A stretch of 54,037 nucleotides of DNA from Deltaproteobacteria bacterium (GCA_032128115.1 JAQBHB010000102.1:1-54037); one strand, 5' to 3'. Numbered from the stretch's first letter, positions 1-10,955 are shown. Made by a program: numbers and translations. The notes: a model not told the origin generated them from the sequence alone.

Positions 1-61
1 CGCCGAGGGTGAGGCGGGTGAGACGGTGCAGGGCCATGAGAGGCCTCCCGACGGGGCTCTT

Positions 62-937
62 CTACGGAAGAGGCGTGTCTTCGGGCTCCTCGATCACCGG
101 ATTCTCGATCTGTCCGAGACCTTCGATCTCGATTCGCACCACGTCGCCGGCCACGAGCAGCCGGGGCGGCTTTCGGGCGATTCCCACACCGGCGGGTGTG
201 CCGGTGGAGATCACGTCGCCGGGCTCGAGCGTGAACGCCGTCGACAGGTATTCGATGATGGTGAAGCAGTCGAAGATGAGCTGCTTGGTATTCGAGTCCT
301 GGCGGAGCTCGCCGTTCACCCAGGTGCGAAGGCCCAGGGCGTGGGGGTCGCCGATCTCGTCCGGCGTGGTGAGCCAGGGGCCCATGGGGCAGTGGGTGTC
401 GAACGATTTGCCCATGGTCATGGTGGGCGTGTGGAATTGCCAGTCGCGCACGCTCACGTCGTTGGCCACCAGGTAGCCGGCAACCACCTCTGCCGCCCGA
501 TCGCGGGGTACGTGGCGGCAGCGCACCCCGATCACGAAGGCGAGCTCGCCCTCGTAGTCGAGCGCAGTCGAGGCGCGGGGCAGATGCACCGGATCGTAGG
601 GCCCGGTCACCGAGGTCGATTGCTTGTTGAAGATCGTGGGGTGCAGGGGCTGCTGCATGCCCGACTCGGCCACGTGGTCGGCGTAGTTCAGTCCCACGGC
701 CAGGATCTTGGGCGGGCGCAGGACGGGCGCCAGCAGGTGAACGTCGTCCAGGGGGATTCGGGTCGGGGCGCTGGCCGCTGCTCGCCGGGCGCGCTCCCGT
801 GCTGCGGGCCCCGCTTCCAGCAGGCTCACCAGATCTCGCGGAAGATCGGGCGCAGCGGCGGCGAGATCGATGATCTCTTCGCCCTCCACCACGCCGATGC
901 GGGTGGAGCCTGCGTGGGTGAACGTGGCGAGCTTCAT
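62..937 (-). CDS. Fumarylacetoacetate hydrolase (FAH) family protein
   Basis: Motifs PPKILAVGLNY, LDYEGELAFVIG, ANDVSVRD, GKSFDTHCPMGP, LEPGDVISTGTPAGVG. Start trimmed to MKLATF (ATG 937), which has a GGAGG RBS. Confidence 0.93.
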   Translation of the reverse strand: MKLATFTHAGSTRIGVVEGEEIIDLAAAAPDLPRDLVSLLEAGPAARERARRAAASAPTRIPLDDVHLLAPVLRPPKILAVGLNYADHVAESGMQQPLHPTIFNKQSTSVTGPYDPVHLPRASTALDYEGELAFVIGVRCRHVPRDRAAEVVAGYLVANDVSVRDWQFHTPTMTMGKSFDTHCPMGPWLTTPDEIGDPHALGLRTWVNGELRQDSNTKQLIFDCFTIIEYLSTAFTLEPGDVISTGTPAGVGIARKPPRLLVAGDVVRIEIEGLGQIENPVIEEPEDTPLP

Positions 938-1064
938 GGGGGGCCTCCACGCGGTCGCGGGTTCCATGATGGGCGGAATCGAGCAGAGGGGCAAGCAGGG
1001 CTTCCCAGGCATTCCTGCCGTAGACCCCCCCCCGGGTACCGTCGGGGAGCATGGGAGGACAGCA

Positions 1065-1196
1065 ATGACCCGAGGAACGCGATGGGGACTGGCCACCGGA
1101 TTGGCGTGGGGATTGGCATGGGCACTGGCCGTGGGAATCCCGGGAGAGGCGCGGGCCCAGGGCTACGGCGACCAGCCGCCACCCAGGGACTTGTAG
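1065..1196 (+). CDS. Possible small exported peptide or gene remnant (43 aa)
   Basis: GGGAGG RBS then ATG. MTRGTRWGLATGLAWGLAWALAVGIPGEARA/QGYGDQPPPRDL is signal-peptide-like with an A-R-A cleavage motif. Overlaps the 3' end of the convergent NodT gene. Confidence 0.3.
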   Translation: MTRGTRWGLATGLAWGLAWALAVGIPGEARAQGYGDQPPPRDL

Positions 1197-2587
1197 ATCC
1201 GGATCAGGTTCTGGGTTACGACGCCCTGGCTGTTGGCCAGCTCGTCCTGGCGCACGAACTGGGAGCGCTCCGTGTCTAGCACGTTCTGGAAGTCCGTGAG
1301 CCCCGTGCGGTAGAGCGTCGTCACGAGGTTGACGGCAGCCTCGGCCGCAGCGGCAGAGCGCTCCAGCGCATCCATGCGCTCGCTCTCCCTGGCGTAGTCG
1401 ACCATGGCGTCCTCGACCTCCAGCAGGGCGTCGAGGATCGTCTGTTCGTAGACCACCAAGGCCTGTTGGGTGATGGCGTCCTCGGCGTCGATGTTGGCGC
1501 GGACGCGGCCGCCGTCGAAGAGGTTCCAGCGGATCGAAGGGCCCACCGAGAAGGCCGACGCATCGCCCGTGAAAAGTTTGGCCGCATCGAGGGCATCGAA
1601 GGCGAAGGTGCCCAGGAGCGACAGACGCGGGTAGAGGTCCGCCGTGGCGGCACCGATGCGCGCGGTGCTGGCCGAGAGCGAGCGCTCGGCCGCGCGGATG
1701 TCCGGCCGCTGCCGCAGCACGTCGGTGGGAACCCCCACCAGGATCTCGTCCGGCGGCAACGGGATCGGCCCCGGAGGCGTGAGTTCGGCGAAGAGGGCGT
1801 TGGGGTGCTCGCCCAGGAGCACGCCCAACGCGTGGATCGACCGCGAGAGCGCTGCCTCCAGCTGGGGCAGGAACGCCTCCGTCGACGACAGGTTTTCGAG
1901 CGCCTGCTGCACGTCGAGCTCGCCCACCAGGCCTGCCTTGAAGCGAGCGCGGGTGAGATCGAGAGAACCCCGTTGGGTTTCGATGTTTTGCTCGGTGTAG
2001 CGGATGCGCTCCTGCTGGGTGCGCGCATCGACGTACGTGAGCGCGACCTCGGCGAGCACCGTCACCATCACGTCGCGGTAGTCCTCGACCGTCGCCTCCA
2101 GGCTCGCGTCGGCCGACTCCACCGAGCGCCGGATGCGTCCGAAGATGTCGATCTCCCAGGAGGAGTCCACGCCGGTGGAGAAGACGTCGTTGGCGTTCCC
2201 GCCCAGGGGCGGAGCCAGCTCCTGGCTGAACTGGGAGCGGGCGTACGAGAACGCCGCACCCAGGGTCGGGAACCACGCGCCGCGTGCGACGCCGCGCCGG
2301 GCGCGCGCCTCGGCCACCCGCGCCGCGGCTCCCTGCAGGCCGAGATTGTGGCGCGCGGCCTGGTCGATGAGGCGGGTCAACACCGGGTCGTCGAGAAGCG
2401 TCCACCAGGTCTGGAGGTTGGCTTCACCCCGATCGAGGCCGCGCACCAGATCCTGGTGCCAGGCGTCGGGCATGCGCGGATCGGGCGCGGTGTAGTTGGG
2501 GCCCACGGCGCAGCCGGCAGTGCCGATCGCGAGTGCCAGGGCAAGCGCCGCCGCGCTCGTCAGTCGTTTCCGGAGGGGGGCCGTCAT
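1163..2587 (-). CDS. Efflux transporter outer membrane lipoprotein, NodT/OprM/TolC family
   Basis: Lipobox TAGC, CAVGPNY, WWTLLDDPVL, SWEIDIFGR, LRQRPDIRAAER, C-terminal IYKSLGGGW. Confidence 0.93.
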   Translation of the reverse strand: MTAPLRKRLTSAAALALALAIGTAGCAVGPNYTAPDPRMPDAWHQDLVRGLDRGEANLQTWWTLLDDPVLTRLIDQAARHNLGLQGAAARVAEARARRGVARGAWFPTLGAAFSYARSQFSQELAPPLGGNANDVFSTGVDSSWEIDIFGRIRRSVESADASLEATVEDYRDVMVTVLAEVALTYVDARTQQERIRYTEQNIETQRGSLDLTRARFKAGLVGELDVQQALENLSSTEAFLPQLEAALSRSIHALGVLLGEHPNALFAELTPPGPIPLPPDEILVGVPTDVLRQRPDIRAAERSLSASTARIGAATADLYPRLSLLGTFAFDALDAAKLFTGDASAFSVGPSIRWNLFDGGRVRANIDAEDAITQQALVVYEQTILDALLEVEDAMVDYARESERMDALERSAAAAEAAVNLVTTLYRTGLTDFQNVLDTERSQFVRQDELANSQGVVTQNLIRIYKSLGGGWSP

Positions 2588-2596
2588 CGCGAAGAA

Positions 2597-2890
2597 CTAG
2601 AGCGCTCCGAGCCGGCGTGTGAAGGTCTGCTGTACCGGACTCAGGATGCAGAATTCGAGCACGTGGTCCGATCCGCCGGTGGCCAACGAGATCGGATAGA
2701 AAACCGCGAAGAAGGCGGCTCCCACCGCGGTCTGCACCAGGCCCAGGGGCCGCAGCACCACCACGTCGTAGGCCATGGTGCCCGGAGTGGCTTCCGCAGC
2801 CGGCGCGGCACCTGAGGCCGAGAGCGTCGCGCAGAGTGCCGTCGCAGCCGCGAGAGCGCAACCGCATCTTTGCAGCTTCCGAAACCCCAC
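2597..2890 (-). CDS. Small conserved exported/membrane protein (DVVVLRPLGL...P...TF.R.LG type)
   Basis: Signal-like N-terminus and a hydrophobic hairpin resembling a widespread ~100 aa hypothetical family. Ends 9 bp before the NodT start. Start (GTG 2890 or 2899) is uncertain. Confidence 0.65.
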   Translation of the reverse strand: MGFRKLQRCGCALAAATALCATLSASGAAPAAEATPGTMAYDVVVLRPLGLVQTAVGAAFFAVFYPISLATGGSDHVLEFCILSPVQQTFTRRLGAL

Positions 2891-2989
2891 GGAATTCACC
2901 CCCCCCAGACGCCGAACGGGGCCGCAGTATGCCATTGCACGGGTCGAAAAGGAAACGGCGTTCCAGCTGCGCGGGCGCGGTTCGAGCGA

Positions 2990-5900
2990 CTACTGCCCCT
3001 TCGTGATCGAGGACTTGCGTGTGCTCGGGTTCTTGGACACGGGGCCCGCGGGCTCGACGCGAACGCGAATCGTCTGTCGCGTCGAGACTTGGGACCGACT
3101 GATGCCGGTGAATGTCAGGGCGTGTTCCCCGATCTGTTCCGGAGTGGGGGCCCACTCGAAATGGCCGCGGCCGTCTCCGTCGTCCCGGAACCTGGCACCC
3201 AGATCGACCAGCGAGGCGCCGCCCGCCTGCTGCGCCTGCAAGATCAGCGGGGCGCCCGCGGCATCCCGGCCGCGGACCCGGATCTCCAGGCGCGCGCCGG
3301 CTGCGGTGTTGCGGTCGCGTAGCGCGTCCAGGCTCGGGAGCTCGACCCCGAAGATTTCGAGCTTGCCGTTGCGCAGGTCTTTCCAGACGATCCAGTTGCC
3401 ATCGATGGCGGGCTGGCTCTGGTCGCCGATCGCGCCCGTGAGGCGCTGCACGGGACAGCTGCGGGTCACCGGGTCGAACTCGCAGAAGAAGATGTCGCGA
3501 TCGTCGCCCAGGCGCGTGGAGTTCCACGCCAGCCGCTGGCCCGAGAGCACCGGCGACGGCGCGGGGTCGCGCGTGCCGATCGAAACGGGATCGCAGGGGC
3601 CATCGCCAGCCGCCAGGTCGCAGATCCGGATGGCGGTGCGGTCCGGGTGACCGAGTTCCTCCCATGCCACCAGGTCGCCAGAGACGCTGAAGTCCAGCTG
3701 GAGCCCCGCGCCCGGGTCGACTTCGCGGGCCTCACAGCTCCGGGACCCGCCGGTCAAGCGACACGTGAACAGGCGCGGCGGGCCCAGGCGGTCGTCGCGC
3801 CACACCAGTCGCTTGCCGCTGCGCCGCGGGTCGAACTGGTTCGAAGCGTGCGCCGCCAGGCGCGTGGCTCGGCAGCGCCGACCCACGAGTCGGCATGTGA
3901 ACAGATCGAACGCGCCGTTGCGGCTATCCGCCCAGACGGGCCCCTCATTCGAGGCCGAGGGGGGGGACGACGCGATCGGCGCCAGGGCCACGGCGACTTC
4001 TGGGCATTGCTGGTGCTTGCGATCGAGGCGGCAGGCGTAGGTCTCGAGGCTGATGCCGTCGAGGCGCCGGTCGTGCCAGACCACCGTATCGCGTGCGATC
4101 TTCGCCACGCGCTGGTCGCCGGGCGCCGAAGACACGTTGTATTCGGACCCGTCGCGCAGGTCCGTGGCGAACAGGTTGATGCCGTCAAGCTCCGTGAACT
4201 GCCGCCGCGACGCCCACACCACCAGGTCGCCGGAGACATCGGGATCGAACGCCGAGGCGCCGCGGGACGAAACCCGATGGACGGAGATCCTCTCCAGGCT
4301 GCCCACCGCGAATTCTTCGAGCCGCGAGCCGTCGCCCGCTTCCATCGCCAGGCGCAGCACATAGGAGCCGTTTTCCAGGTCGCGGATGTCCCAGGCGGCC
4401 AGAATCCCGTCGTCGATCGGGTGGGTGCCGGACGTCAAGGGAATCCAGTCCTCCGGCGCGAGCCCCCTTCCGAAGAAGAGTTCCCAGCGCGCCAGATCGT
4501 CTCCGGTGACGGTTCCGCGTATGGCAACGCTTCCCACCTGTTGCTGCAGGATCGAGCGTTGGGGCGGACTCGTGATCTCGGCGAATACCCGGGGCAGGGC
4601 GCCCAGTTGGAGCGCCCGAGTCGCGTTGATGCGCCCCGCGCCGTGGTCGCGATCGTGTCCCTCCGGGCCCAGGTCGTCGGCGCTCAAACGCAGGGCCGTG
4701 CGCACCTGCTCGGGCGTGAGCTCGGGGCGGTGCGCCAGCAGCAGCGCCGCCAGTCCCGCCGCGTGGGGCGCCGACATGGAGGTGCCCGAGAGCCGGAAAT
4801 AGTCGCCGCCCACGGTCTGCCCCTCGCCGCTCACGCGACCGGAAGAGCGCAGCGAAAGCAGGTTCTGCTCGGACAACGGCACGGAGGCCTGCGTGGTGCC
4901 GCCCCCGGGTGCGGCCACGTCCAGGAGAAAGCCCGGATTGGAGAAGTCGAGCACGCGGTCGACTTCGGAAATTGCGGCCACGCTGATGGTTTCGCGCATG
5001 TTCTGGGGGCTGAGCCACGCCACGTCGCCCGAACGGTTGCCCGCGGCGAACACCACCACGACGCCCAGGTCGGTGGCCAGGTGCACCGCCTCCTCGGCCA
5101 CCGGATTGCTGGGGCAGCCGCCCCCGCACGACCAGCTGTTGTTGATCACGTGGGCGCCGTTGTTCGCCGCATACACGATGGCGCGCACCGCATTGGAGAT
5201 GGAGCCGGAGCCGAACTCGTTCAGGACCTTGAGCGGAAGGATGCGCGCCCGGGGCGCCACGCCCGTGATGCCGATGCCGTTGTTGCCCACGGCGGCGATG
5301 ATGCCCGCCACATGGGAGCCGTGGCCGTTGTCGTCGAAGGGGTCGGCTTCGTTCACGTCGTCCGAAGTGAGGAAGTTGAAGCCGCGCACGTCGTCGATGA
5401 AGCCGTTGCCGTCGTCGTCGAGTCCGTTGAAGTCGCTGTCGTCGACCACCCCGTTGGCGTTCAGGTCTTCTCCTGGATGGACCCCGGCGTTGGCGGCCAT
5501 GTCCGGATGGTCGTAGTCGAGTCCGGTGTCGACGACTGCCACCAGAATGCCCTCGCCCTGGGAGACATCCCAGGCGCCCGGGGCCTGAATGCGATGCAGG
5601 CCCCAGAGGTCGGCATACGACTGGCCCCAGGATCCGCTGGTTCCGAAGAAGGGGTCATTGGGAACAAAGCTCGCCTGGATGGCGAAATCCTCCTGGGCGT
5701 ACTCCACGTGGGGATCCAGGCGGTAGCGCGCTGCCGCGTGTGCGGCGTTGGTGCCCTCGGGAAGTTCCAGTGCGTACACGTGGGAAACATCCGGCAGGGA
5801 CGGGCGCGAGCGATCAAGAAGCTGGCGCCGCTGCTCGGCGAAGGGGCGGCCGTCGGGCACACGGTAGAGGGCGCGCACGCGGCGCACCCCCAATTCCCGG

Positions 5901-6121
5901 TAAAGGCGATCCAGGGAGTCGGAGTCGTCGGCGGTGACCGGCTGGAAGCGGCGGCCGGCGCGCGTGAGCGCCTCGGCGCACTCGCCCAGCGCCGACTCCC
6001 CGTCGGCGCGGAATTTCACGAGGATCCCGCGACCTCGGCCCTGGGCATCCGCGGCCCCGGCGAGCGCGACGGCCGCGCTCGCCAGGACGACGCAGGCGGC
6101 GAGCCGGGGGGAGCGGCTCAC
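2990..6121 (-). CDS. Secreted S8 (subtilase) serine peptidase with beta-propeller-like repeats and a C-terminal Ig/cadherin-like domain
   Basis: Signal peptide. Catalytic triad VAVVDTG / HGSHVAG / GTSMSAPH, oxyanion motif AAGN, Ca-binding-like [10 protein letters not shown]. Repeats of the type Q..P.iSG..lVW.D.R.G..di. Confidence 0.92.
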   Translation of the reverse strand: MSRSPRLAACVVLASAAVALAGAADAQGRGRGILVKFRADGESALGECAEALTRAGRRFQPVTADDSDSLDRLYRELGVRRVRALYRVPDGRPFAEQRRQLLDRSRPSLPDVSHVYALELPEGTNAAHAAARYRLDPHVEYAQEDFAIQASFVPNDPFFGTSGSWGQSYADLWGLHRIQAPGAWDVSQGEGILVAVVDTGLDYDHPDMAANAGVHPGEDLNANGVVDDSDFNGLDDDGNGFIDDVRGFNFLTSDDVNEADPFDDNGHGSHVAGIIAAVGNNGIGITGVAPRARILPLKVLNEFGSGSISNAVRAIVYAANNGAHVINNSWSCGGGCPSNPVAEEAVHLATDLGVVVVFAAGNRSGDVAWLSPQNMRETISVAAISEVDRVLDFSNPGFLLDVAAPGGGTTQASVPLSEQNLLSLRSSGRVSGEGQTVGGDYFRLSGTSMSAPHAAGLAALLLAHRPELTPEQVRTALRLSADDLGPEGHDRDHGAGRINATRALQLGALPRVFAEITSPPQRSILQQQVGSVAIRGTVTGDDLARWELFFGRGLAPEDWIPLTSGTHPIDDGILAAWDIRDLENGSYVLRLAMEAGDGSRLEEFAVGSLERISVHRVSSRGASAFDPDVSGDLVVWASRRQFTELDGINLFATDLRDGSEYNVSSAPGDQRVAKIARDTVVWHDRRLDGISLETYACRLDRKHQQCPEVAVALAPIASSPPSASNEGPVWADSRNGAFDLFTCRLVGRRCRATRLAAHASNQFDPRRSGKRLVWRDDRLGPPRLFTCRLTGGSRSCEAREVDPGAGLQLDFSVSGDLVAWEELGHPDRTAIRICDLAAGDGPCDPVSIGTRDPAPSPVLSGQRLAWNSTRLGDDRDIFFCEFDPVTRSCPVQRLTGAIGDQSQPAIDGNWIVWKDLRNGKLEIFGVELPSLDALRDRNTAAGARLEIRVRGRDAAGAPLILQAQQAGGASLVDLGARFRDDGDGRGHFEWAPTPEQIGEHALTFTGISRSQVSTRQTIRVRVEPAGPVSKNPSTRKSSITKGQ

Positions 6122-6136
6122 GGGGCTACCCCGCGC

Positions 6137-6484
6137 CTACTGGCTGACGGCGGCGTCCTCGCCACCGAGCTTGCGCGCAAGCTCGCCGTTGGAATACATC
6201 TCGCGCACAATGTCGCATCCGCCGAGGAACTCGCCGCCCACGTAGAGCTGCGGAATGGTGGGCCAGTTGGAGTATTCCTTGATGCCGTTCCGGATCGACG
6301 CGTCGGCGAGGACGTCGACGGTCGTGTAGGCGGGCACCAGGCTGTCCAGGATCTGCACCACCGTGGCCGAGAAGCCGCACTGGGGAAACTGGCGATTTCC
6401 CTTCATGAAAAGCACGACCCGATCCGACCCGACGATCGAGTCGATCTGCTTCCGGGTTTCTTCATCGAGAGACTCGACAGACAT
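6137..6484 (-). CDS. grxD: Monothiol glutaredoxin, Grx4 family
   Basis: [22 protein letters not shown] and GGCDI motifs. Confidence 0.95.
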   Translation of the reverse strand: MSVESLDEETRKQIDSIVGSDRVVLFMKGNRQFPQCGFSATVVQILDSLVPAYTTVDVLADASIRNGIKEYSNWPTIPQLYVGGEFLGGCDIVREMYSNGELARKLGGEDAAVSQ

Positions 6485-6493
6485 GATTCCTCC

Positions 6494-6991
6494 TCAAATT
6501 CCCGCGAAGTGTTTGCCCACGTCGCCGGCGCCGTGTTCGTCCATCCAGACCACCATGGTCCGCTCGTCGCGCTGCAGATCGGCGAGCGAAATTCCTTCGA
6601 GCGTGGTTCGCAAACCCTGCTGGAGAGCGGTCCACAGGGCGCGCAGCGAACAGTCGCGGCTGCGCACACAATCGCGCTGCTGGCCCGGGTGGCAGGCGCA
6701 GAAGTCGCCGTCGAAGAAGGCGCCTCCCAGGGCCTCGAGGGCGCTCCACAGGCTGATGGCCCGGGCCGGACGCGCCAGCCGGTAGCCGCCCTCGGCGCCG
6801 CGCACGCTCTCCACGATCCCGCCCAGGCGCAGCATGCGCATGAGCTTGGCGGTGTATTCGGCGCTCAGACCCTCGGCCGCAGCGATGCTCGCGATCGGGA
6901 CCGGGGCGGCCGGCCCCCCATCGGTCCCCGGCGCGCCGGAGACTCGCAGGAGGCAGCGGAGGCCGTACTCTTCGCTTGCGAGCAGCTGCAC
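6494..6991 (-). CDS. Rrf2 family transcriptional regulator, Cys-rich and probably Fe-S binding
   Basis: EEYGLRCLL start, wHTH with [13 protein letters not shown], Cys cluster [18 protein letters not shown]. Start trimmed to GTG 6991. Confidence 0.9.
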   Translation of the reverse strand: MQLLASEEYGLRCLLRVSGAPGTDGGPAAPVPIASIAAAEGLSAEYTAKLMRMLRLGGIVESVRGAEGGYRLARPARAISLWSALEALGGAFFDGDFCACHPGQQRDCVRSRDCSLRALWTALQQGLRTTLEGISLADLQRDERTMVVWMDEHGAGDVGKHFAGI

Positions 6992-7004
6992 AGGGAGCAG
7001 GGTA

Positions 7005-7020
7005 GGATAGTATACTCTCC
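7005..7020. promoter_or_regulatory. Imperfect palindrome GGATAGTATACTCTCC in the 42-bp Rrf2/moaA divergent spacer (candidate operator)
   Basis: 14/16 dyad symmetry. On the minus strand it lies between TTGACT (-35-like) and TACCCT (-10-like, 7 nt before the Rrf2 GTG). Confidence 0.55.
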
Positions 7021-7033
7021 AGTCAAGATTGAG

Positions 7034-8068
7034 ATGAGCGCCACCCCCGTCGTCGACAGCCTGGACCGGCCCCTGCGTGATCTGCGGATCTCGGTCACCG
7101 ACCGCTGCAACTTCCGCTGTCCCTACTGCATGCCCGCCGAGATCTTCGGCGAGAAGTACCAGTTCCTGCAGCGGGACGAGCTGCTCCACTTCGAGGAGAT
7201 CGAGCGCCTGGCGCGGATCTTCGTCGACCTGGGAGTTTCGAAGATCCGCATCACGGGCGGCGAGCCGCTGCTGCGTCAGGCCGTGCAGGACCTGATCGCG
7301 CGCCTCGCCCGCATCGAGGGCGTGCGCGACCTCACCCTCACCACCAACGGCTACCTGCTGGCGAAGCACGCCCGGGAACTCGCCGATGCCGGGCTGCACC
7401 GCGTGAGCGTGAGCCTCGACAGCCACGATGACGAGACGTTCGGGAAGATGAACGGCCGCGGTTTCGGCACCGCCCGGGTGCTGGAGGGCATCGAGGCGGC
7501 GGAGCGCGCGGGGCTCACGCCCATCAAGATCAACTGCGTGATCGAGCGCGGTGTCAACGAGGACTCGATCGTCCCGCTCGCGCGCCACTTCAGGGGCAGC
7601 GGGCACATCCTGCGCTTCATCGAGTTCATGGACGTGGGCACCCTCAACGACTGGAACCTTTCGAAGGTGGTGCCAGCCGCCGAGATCGTGAAGCTCGTCG
7701 ACGCCGAGTTTCCGCTGGAGCCCCTCGATCCCAACTACGCGGGCGAAGTCGCGAGCCGCTATGCCTACCGGGACGGCAGCGGCGAGATCGGCATCATCCA
7801 CTCCGTGAGCCAGCCCTTCTGCGGCGATTGCCACCGCGCGCGGCTCACGATCGAGGGCCAGCTGGTGACGTGTCTGTTCGCCGCGGGCGGCACCGACCTG
7901 CGCACGCCACTGCGCGCGGGTGCGTCGGACGCCGAACTGCGCGAGCGCATCGAGCGCGTCTGGCAGCGCCGCAGCGACCGCTACTCCGAGGAACGCTCGT
8001 CCCGCAGCGACCCCACCGGCCGCAGCCCGCGCCGCCCCCGCATCGAGATGTACCAGATCGGGGGTTAG
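7034..8068 (+). CDS. moaA: GTP 3',8-cyclase MoaA (radical SAM)
   Basis: [48 protein letters not shown]...TCLFA, C-terminal MYQIGG. Confidence 0.97.
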   Translation: MSATPVVDSLDRPLRDLRISVTDRCNFRCPYCMPAEIFGEKYQFLQRDELLHFEEIERLARIFVDLGVSKIRITGGEPLLRQAVQDLIARLARIEGVRDLTLTTNGYLLAKHARELADAGLHRVSVSLDSHDDETFGKMNGRGFGTARVLEGIEAAERAGLTPIKINCVIERGVNEDSIVPLARHFRGSGHILRFIEFMDVGTLNDWNLSKVVPAAEIVKLVDAEFPLEPLDPNYAGEVASRYAYRDGSGEIGIIHSVSQPFCGDCHRARLTIEGQLVTCLFAAGGTDLRTPLRAGASDAELRERIERVWQRRSDRYSEERSSRSDPTGRSPRRPRIEMYQIGG

Positions 8069-8147
8069 CGGCGATCTTCGGCGGCAGTTGATCGGTGGCG
8101 CGATTATCCTGATCGACGAGCATGGTGCTCGTTGGAGGCGGGTTCAC

Positions 8148-9005
8148 TTGAGAGCGGATTTCATCCGTCGCTGCTGGTTGGCAGCCGCCGTGTTCCTGGT
8201 AGTGGCAGCCTTCGTTCCCGCCGCCCTGGCCGAACCGGGGCCGGCGGTCTCGGCGCTGAACCCGAACCGACCTGCCCCGGACGGCTTGCTGGCGCCGACG
8301 CTCGAGGGCGACTGGCGCTATCGGATCGCCGCCGACATCTGGACCCCCAACGTACTCGAAACCAATACCTCGACCGCAGCCGGCGACGGATATCTCCGCA
8401 AGGACCTCATATGGCTCCTCAAAGCGCTCTACTTCTACGTCCCGCTCGACTTCGAAGTGCGGAAGGGCAGGTTCGGCCTTTTGTTCCACACCTTCATGAA
8501 TGGCCTGCGCCCCAACGACCCCATAGAGGTCATCGGGCCGGTCACGCTGGATTATAGGATCGAGATGTTCATGTTCGACGTCGGCATCAGCTACGAGCTG
8601 GGGCGCTGGCGCCTGTGCGACGAGACGAACGCTCCCGAGCTCACGCTCGAGCCGTACTTCGAGGCACGCATCATCCACGTTCCAATCGACATCACCGGCT
8701 CGGTCTTTTCGGCATCCGGTGATTTGAGCAGCCAGGTTCCGGTCCTCGGGCTGCGCACCACCATCGATCTCACGAAGCACTGGAACCTCGAGTTCATCGG
8801 TGACTACGGCGGCTGGGGGGTGGACAACAATCAGGAGACCTGGCAAGGGGCGGCATACCTGGGATACCGCTGGCCGGGCTGGGGTGCTCACTGGAACCTC
8901 CAGGTCGGCTATCGGGCGATGCGACTCTTCGATCTGAGGCGGGGCGTCGACGAAATCTCGATGGACGTGAGAGGAGCCAACATCACCTTCGGCGTGGAGT
9001 TCTGA
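8148..9005 (+). CDS. Hypothetical outer-membrane beta-barrel protein
   Basis: GGAGG RBS and TTG start, signal peptide ending ALA, amphipathic strands (GDYGGWGV, YLGYRW, LQVGYR), terminal Phe (TFGVEF). Confidence 0.75.
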   Translation: MRADFIRRCWLAAAVFLVVAAFVPAALAEPGPAVSALNPNRPAPDGLLAPTLEGDWRYRIAADIWTPNVLETNTSTAAGDGYLRKDLIWLLKALYFYVPLDFEVRKGRFGLLFHTFMNGLRPNDPIEVIGPVTLDYRIEMFMFDVGISYELGRWRLCDETNAPELTLEPYFEARIIHVPIDITGSVFSASGDLSSQVPVLGLRTTIDLTKHWNLEFIGDYGGWGVDNNQETWQGAAYLGYRWPGWGAHWNLQVGYRAMRLFDLRRGVDEISMDVRGANITFGVEF

Positions 9006-9071
9006 GCGGCCTCGCGAGCTCATACCCAACACCCTGCAGCCCCCACGCAGCCGATCGATTGACTCGGACCC

Positions 9072-10955
9072 TCACGTCTTCGGGGGCTGATACCAGATCG
9101 CCGATGTGATGGCGCGCTCCTGCAACGACGTGGGCGCCGGCGCCGCGACGCCCAGGTCGCGGGCGTCGTAGGTGGACCAGCGAGGCGTGGGGATCTCGAG
9201 CACGCGCACGTAGTAGAAGGCCTCGGCGGACGGGTCGAAGTCGGGATCCGTCCAGACGGCCTCGAGCTGGGCCGCGCCGATGGTGTTGGTGTAGCTGGCG
9301 GTGGCCACGTTCACGGTGTTCCCCACGGCCGGCACCCGGTGGGTCGCGGGATGCGGGCGCCGCCCACCGGAGGCCGCCACGTCGTAGATCGTCTCCTGGC
9401 TCGCGCCGGCACCATCGACCCAGGCCTTGATGATCTGCACCCGATCCAGGTTGGCTCCCAGCGGATCCTTCCAGACCAGCACCAGGAAGCGCGGTGCGCC
9501 GCCGGGCGGACGTTTCCCAAGCGTGCCGCCCATCGCGACCCCCTCCGCATAGGCCTTTCCGACGGGATCGGGGGTCGCCAGCAGGGACGGGTCGAAGCGC
9601 CATCCGCCGAAGAAACGCACGCTGATGCGCGGGCCCGAAGTGGCATACGTCTCCTTGCGCAGCATGGCCTCGAAGAGCGACTCGCGCGTATTCTCCTGGG
9701 CCCAGATCCCGGCGAGGCCCATGGCGCTCCAGCGGGCGCCGCGGTTCTGGCTGGCGGGAATCAGCAGGGTCTTCCCCAGGCGCAGTCCCGCCGTGCCGTC
9801 GATCAGCGGCAGCTTTCCCGGGTAATCGTCCTCCTCCACCGGCGAGGCGGCGTTGTGCCCGTCGCTGCTGCCGATCACGCCGAACCGGTACGGATTGAAT
9901 CCCCGGGCCGACGAAAGCTCCAGTCCCGTCTTCAGGGCCTCCCGGGCGTAGCTGCCCCGGGGCTCGCTCAGGCCCCCCCGGGCGCTCATGAGCTGGTCGA
10001 AGATCTCGAAGTCGGCGAACTCGTCTTCGCTGGCCAGAATCGGATGAACCTCGGACTGGCCCTTCACCTGGAGGATCTCGCTGATGGGTTCGTTCCGCAT
10101 CCGGGTCTTCGCGTAGGCGGCCGTCAGCGGGGAGCCATCCAGTCGGACCCGGTCGTACATCAGGCCGTTGCTGACGTTTGCGTTGTGGGGGATCGCGATC
10201 ATCTCGAGCCCCCGGCTGCGCTCGATTTCCAGTGCGCGCCACAGGTCCTCGGGATCTTCGGAGTCGAGGGAGCTGAACGGAAACCCGGGAGCCCGACTCG
10301 TCCTGTAGATCACGTTCCGGTGCAGGTTGTTCTCGTCCGGCATCGAGGTCCACTCGTAGCCGATGAATGTGGTGAAGCGGCCGGGCTGGTTGTGGCGCTC
10401 GGCGCTGGCCACGATGTCCAGCCACGCGTCTTGCGGAACGGCAGGGTCCCGGTCGCCGCCAAAGGCCTCTTCCCTCTGCGCAGTGGTGCCCATGCTCGAG
10501 AGCACCGTCGCGTAGAAATGGGCGGAGATGCGCAGGACGTTCCCGGTCTGCATGATTTCTCGCAGGGTCACCTCTTCGGGCGACGACTCTCCCAGGCTGC
10601 GAGCCACTCCCAGGTACTGGGCGTGGTCCGTGACTGCGGCGAAGTCCAGGGGGCGCGACAGGCGCATGGGGTAGCCCAGTGCGTGCTGGATGGTGCCGCC
10701 CTTCGCAAAGGTGTAGGCGTCGTCGGGCAGGGCCCGCACACCGAAGGTGTAGGCGTCGTACGAGTAGGCGGTGTGGATGTGCAGGTCGCCCCAGAAGACG
10801 TGGCCCTGGGGGTCACGGGCCTCGGCGCGAAGCGGCGGCGGGGGCGCATCGAAGCGGGCTTCCCTCAGCGGGTCGAGTGTGGGGTCGTCGACCTGAAAGC
10901 AGCCGGCCAGGAGAAGTGGCGCCACCGCGGCGCGCGCGGCGTCAGCCCAGGCCAT
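9072..10955 (-). CDS. DUF3604 domain lipoprotein (PHP-like metal hydrolase)
   Basis: Lipobox LAGC. FWGDLHIHTAYSYDA, LDFAAVTDHA, FIGYEWTS, NLHRNVI, IPHNANVSNG, YATSGPRI, YYVRVLEIPTPRWS, QERAITSAIWY. Confidence 0.92.
   Translation of the reverse strand: MAWADAARAAVAPLLLAGCFQVDDPTLDPLREARFDAPPPPLRAEARDPQGHVFWGDLHIHTAYSYDAYTFGVRALPDDAYTFAKGGTIQHALGYPMRLSRPLDFAAVTDHAQYLGVARSLGESSPEEVTLREIMQTGNVLRISAHFYATVLSSMGTTAQREEAFGGDRDPAVPQDAWLDIVASAERHNQPGRFTTFIGYEWTSMPDENNLHRNVIYRTSRAPGFPFSSLDSEDPEDLWRALEIERSRGLEMIAIPHNANVSNGLMYDRVRLDGSPLTAAYAKTRMRNEPISEILQVKGQSEVHPILASEDEFADFEIFDQLMSARGGLSEPRGSYAREALKTGLELSSARGFNPYRFGVIGSSDGHNAASPVEEDDYPGKLPLIDGTAGLRLGKTLLIPASQNRGARWSAMGLAGIWAQENTRESLFEAMLRKETYATSGPRISVRFFGGWRFDPSLLATPDPVGKAYAEGVAMGGTLGKRPPGGAPRFLVLVWKDPLGANLDRVQIIKAWVDGAGASQETIYDVAASGGRRPHPATHRVPAVGNTVNVATASYTNTIGAAQLEAVWTDPDFDPSAEAFYYVRVLEIPTPRWSTYDARDLGVAAPAPTSLQERAITSAIWYQPPKT

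Noticed and set aside
3647..7033. 1473-aa ORF appearing to be a giant MoaA fusion
   Set aside because: The upstream part is the stop-free antisense frame of the S8, grxD and Rrf2 genes. MoaA starts at ATG 7034.
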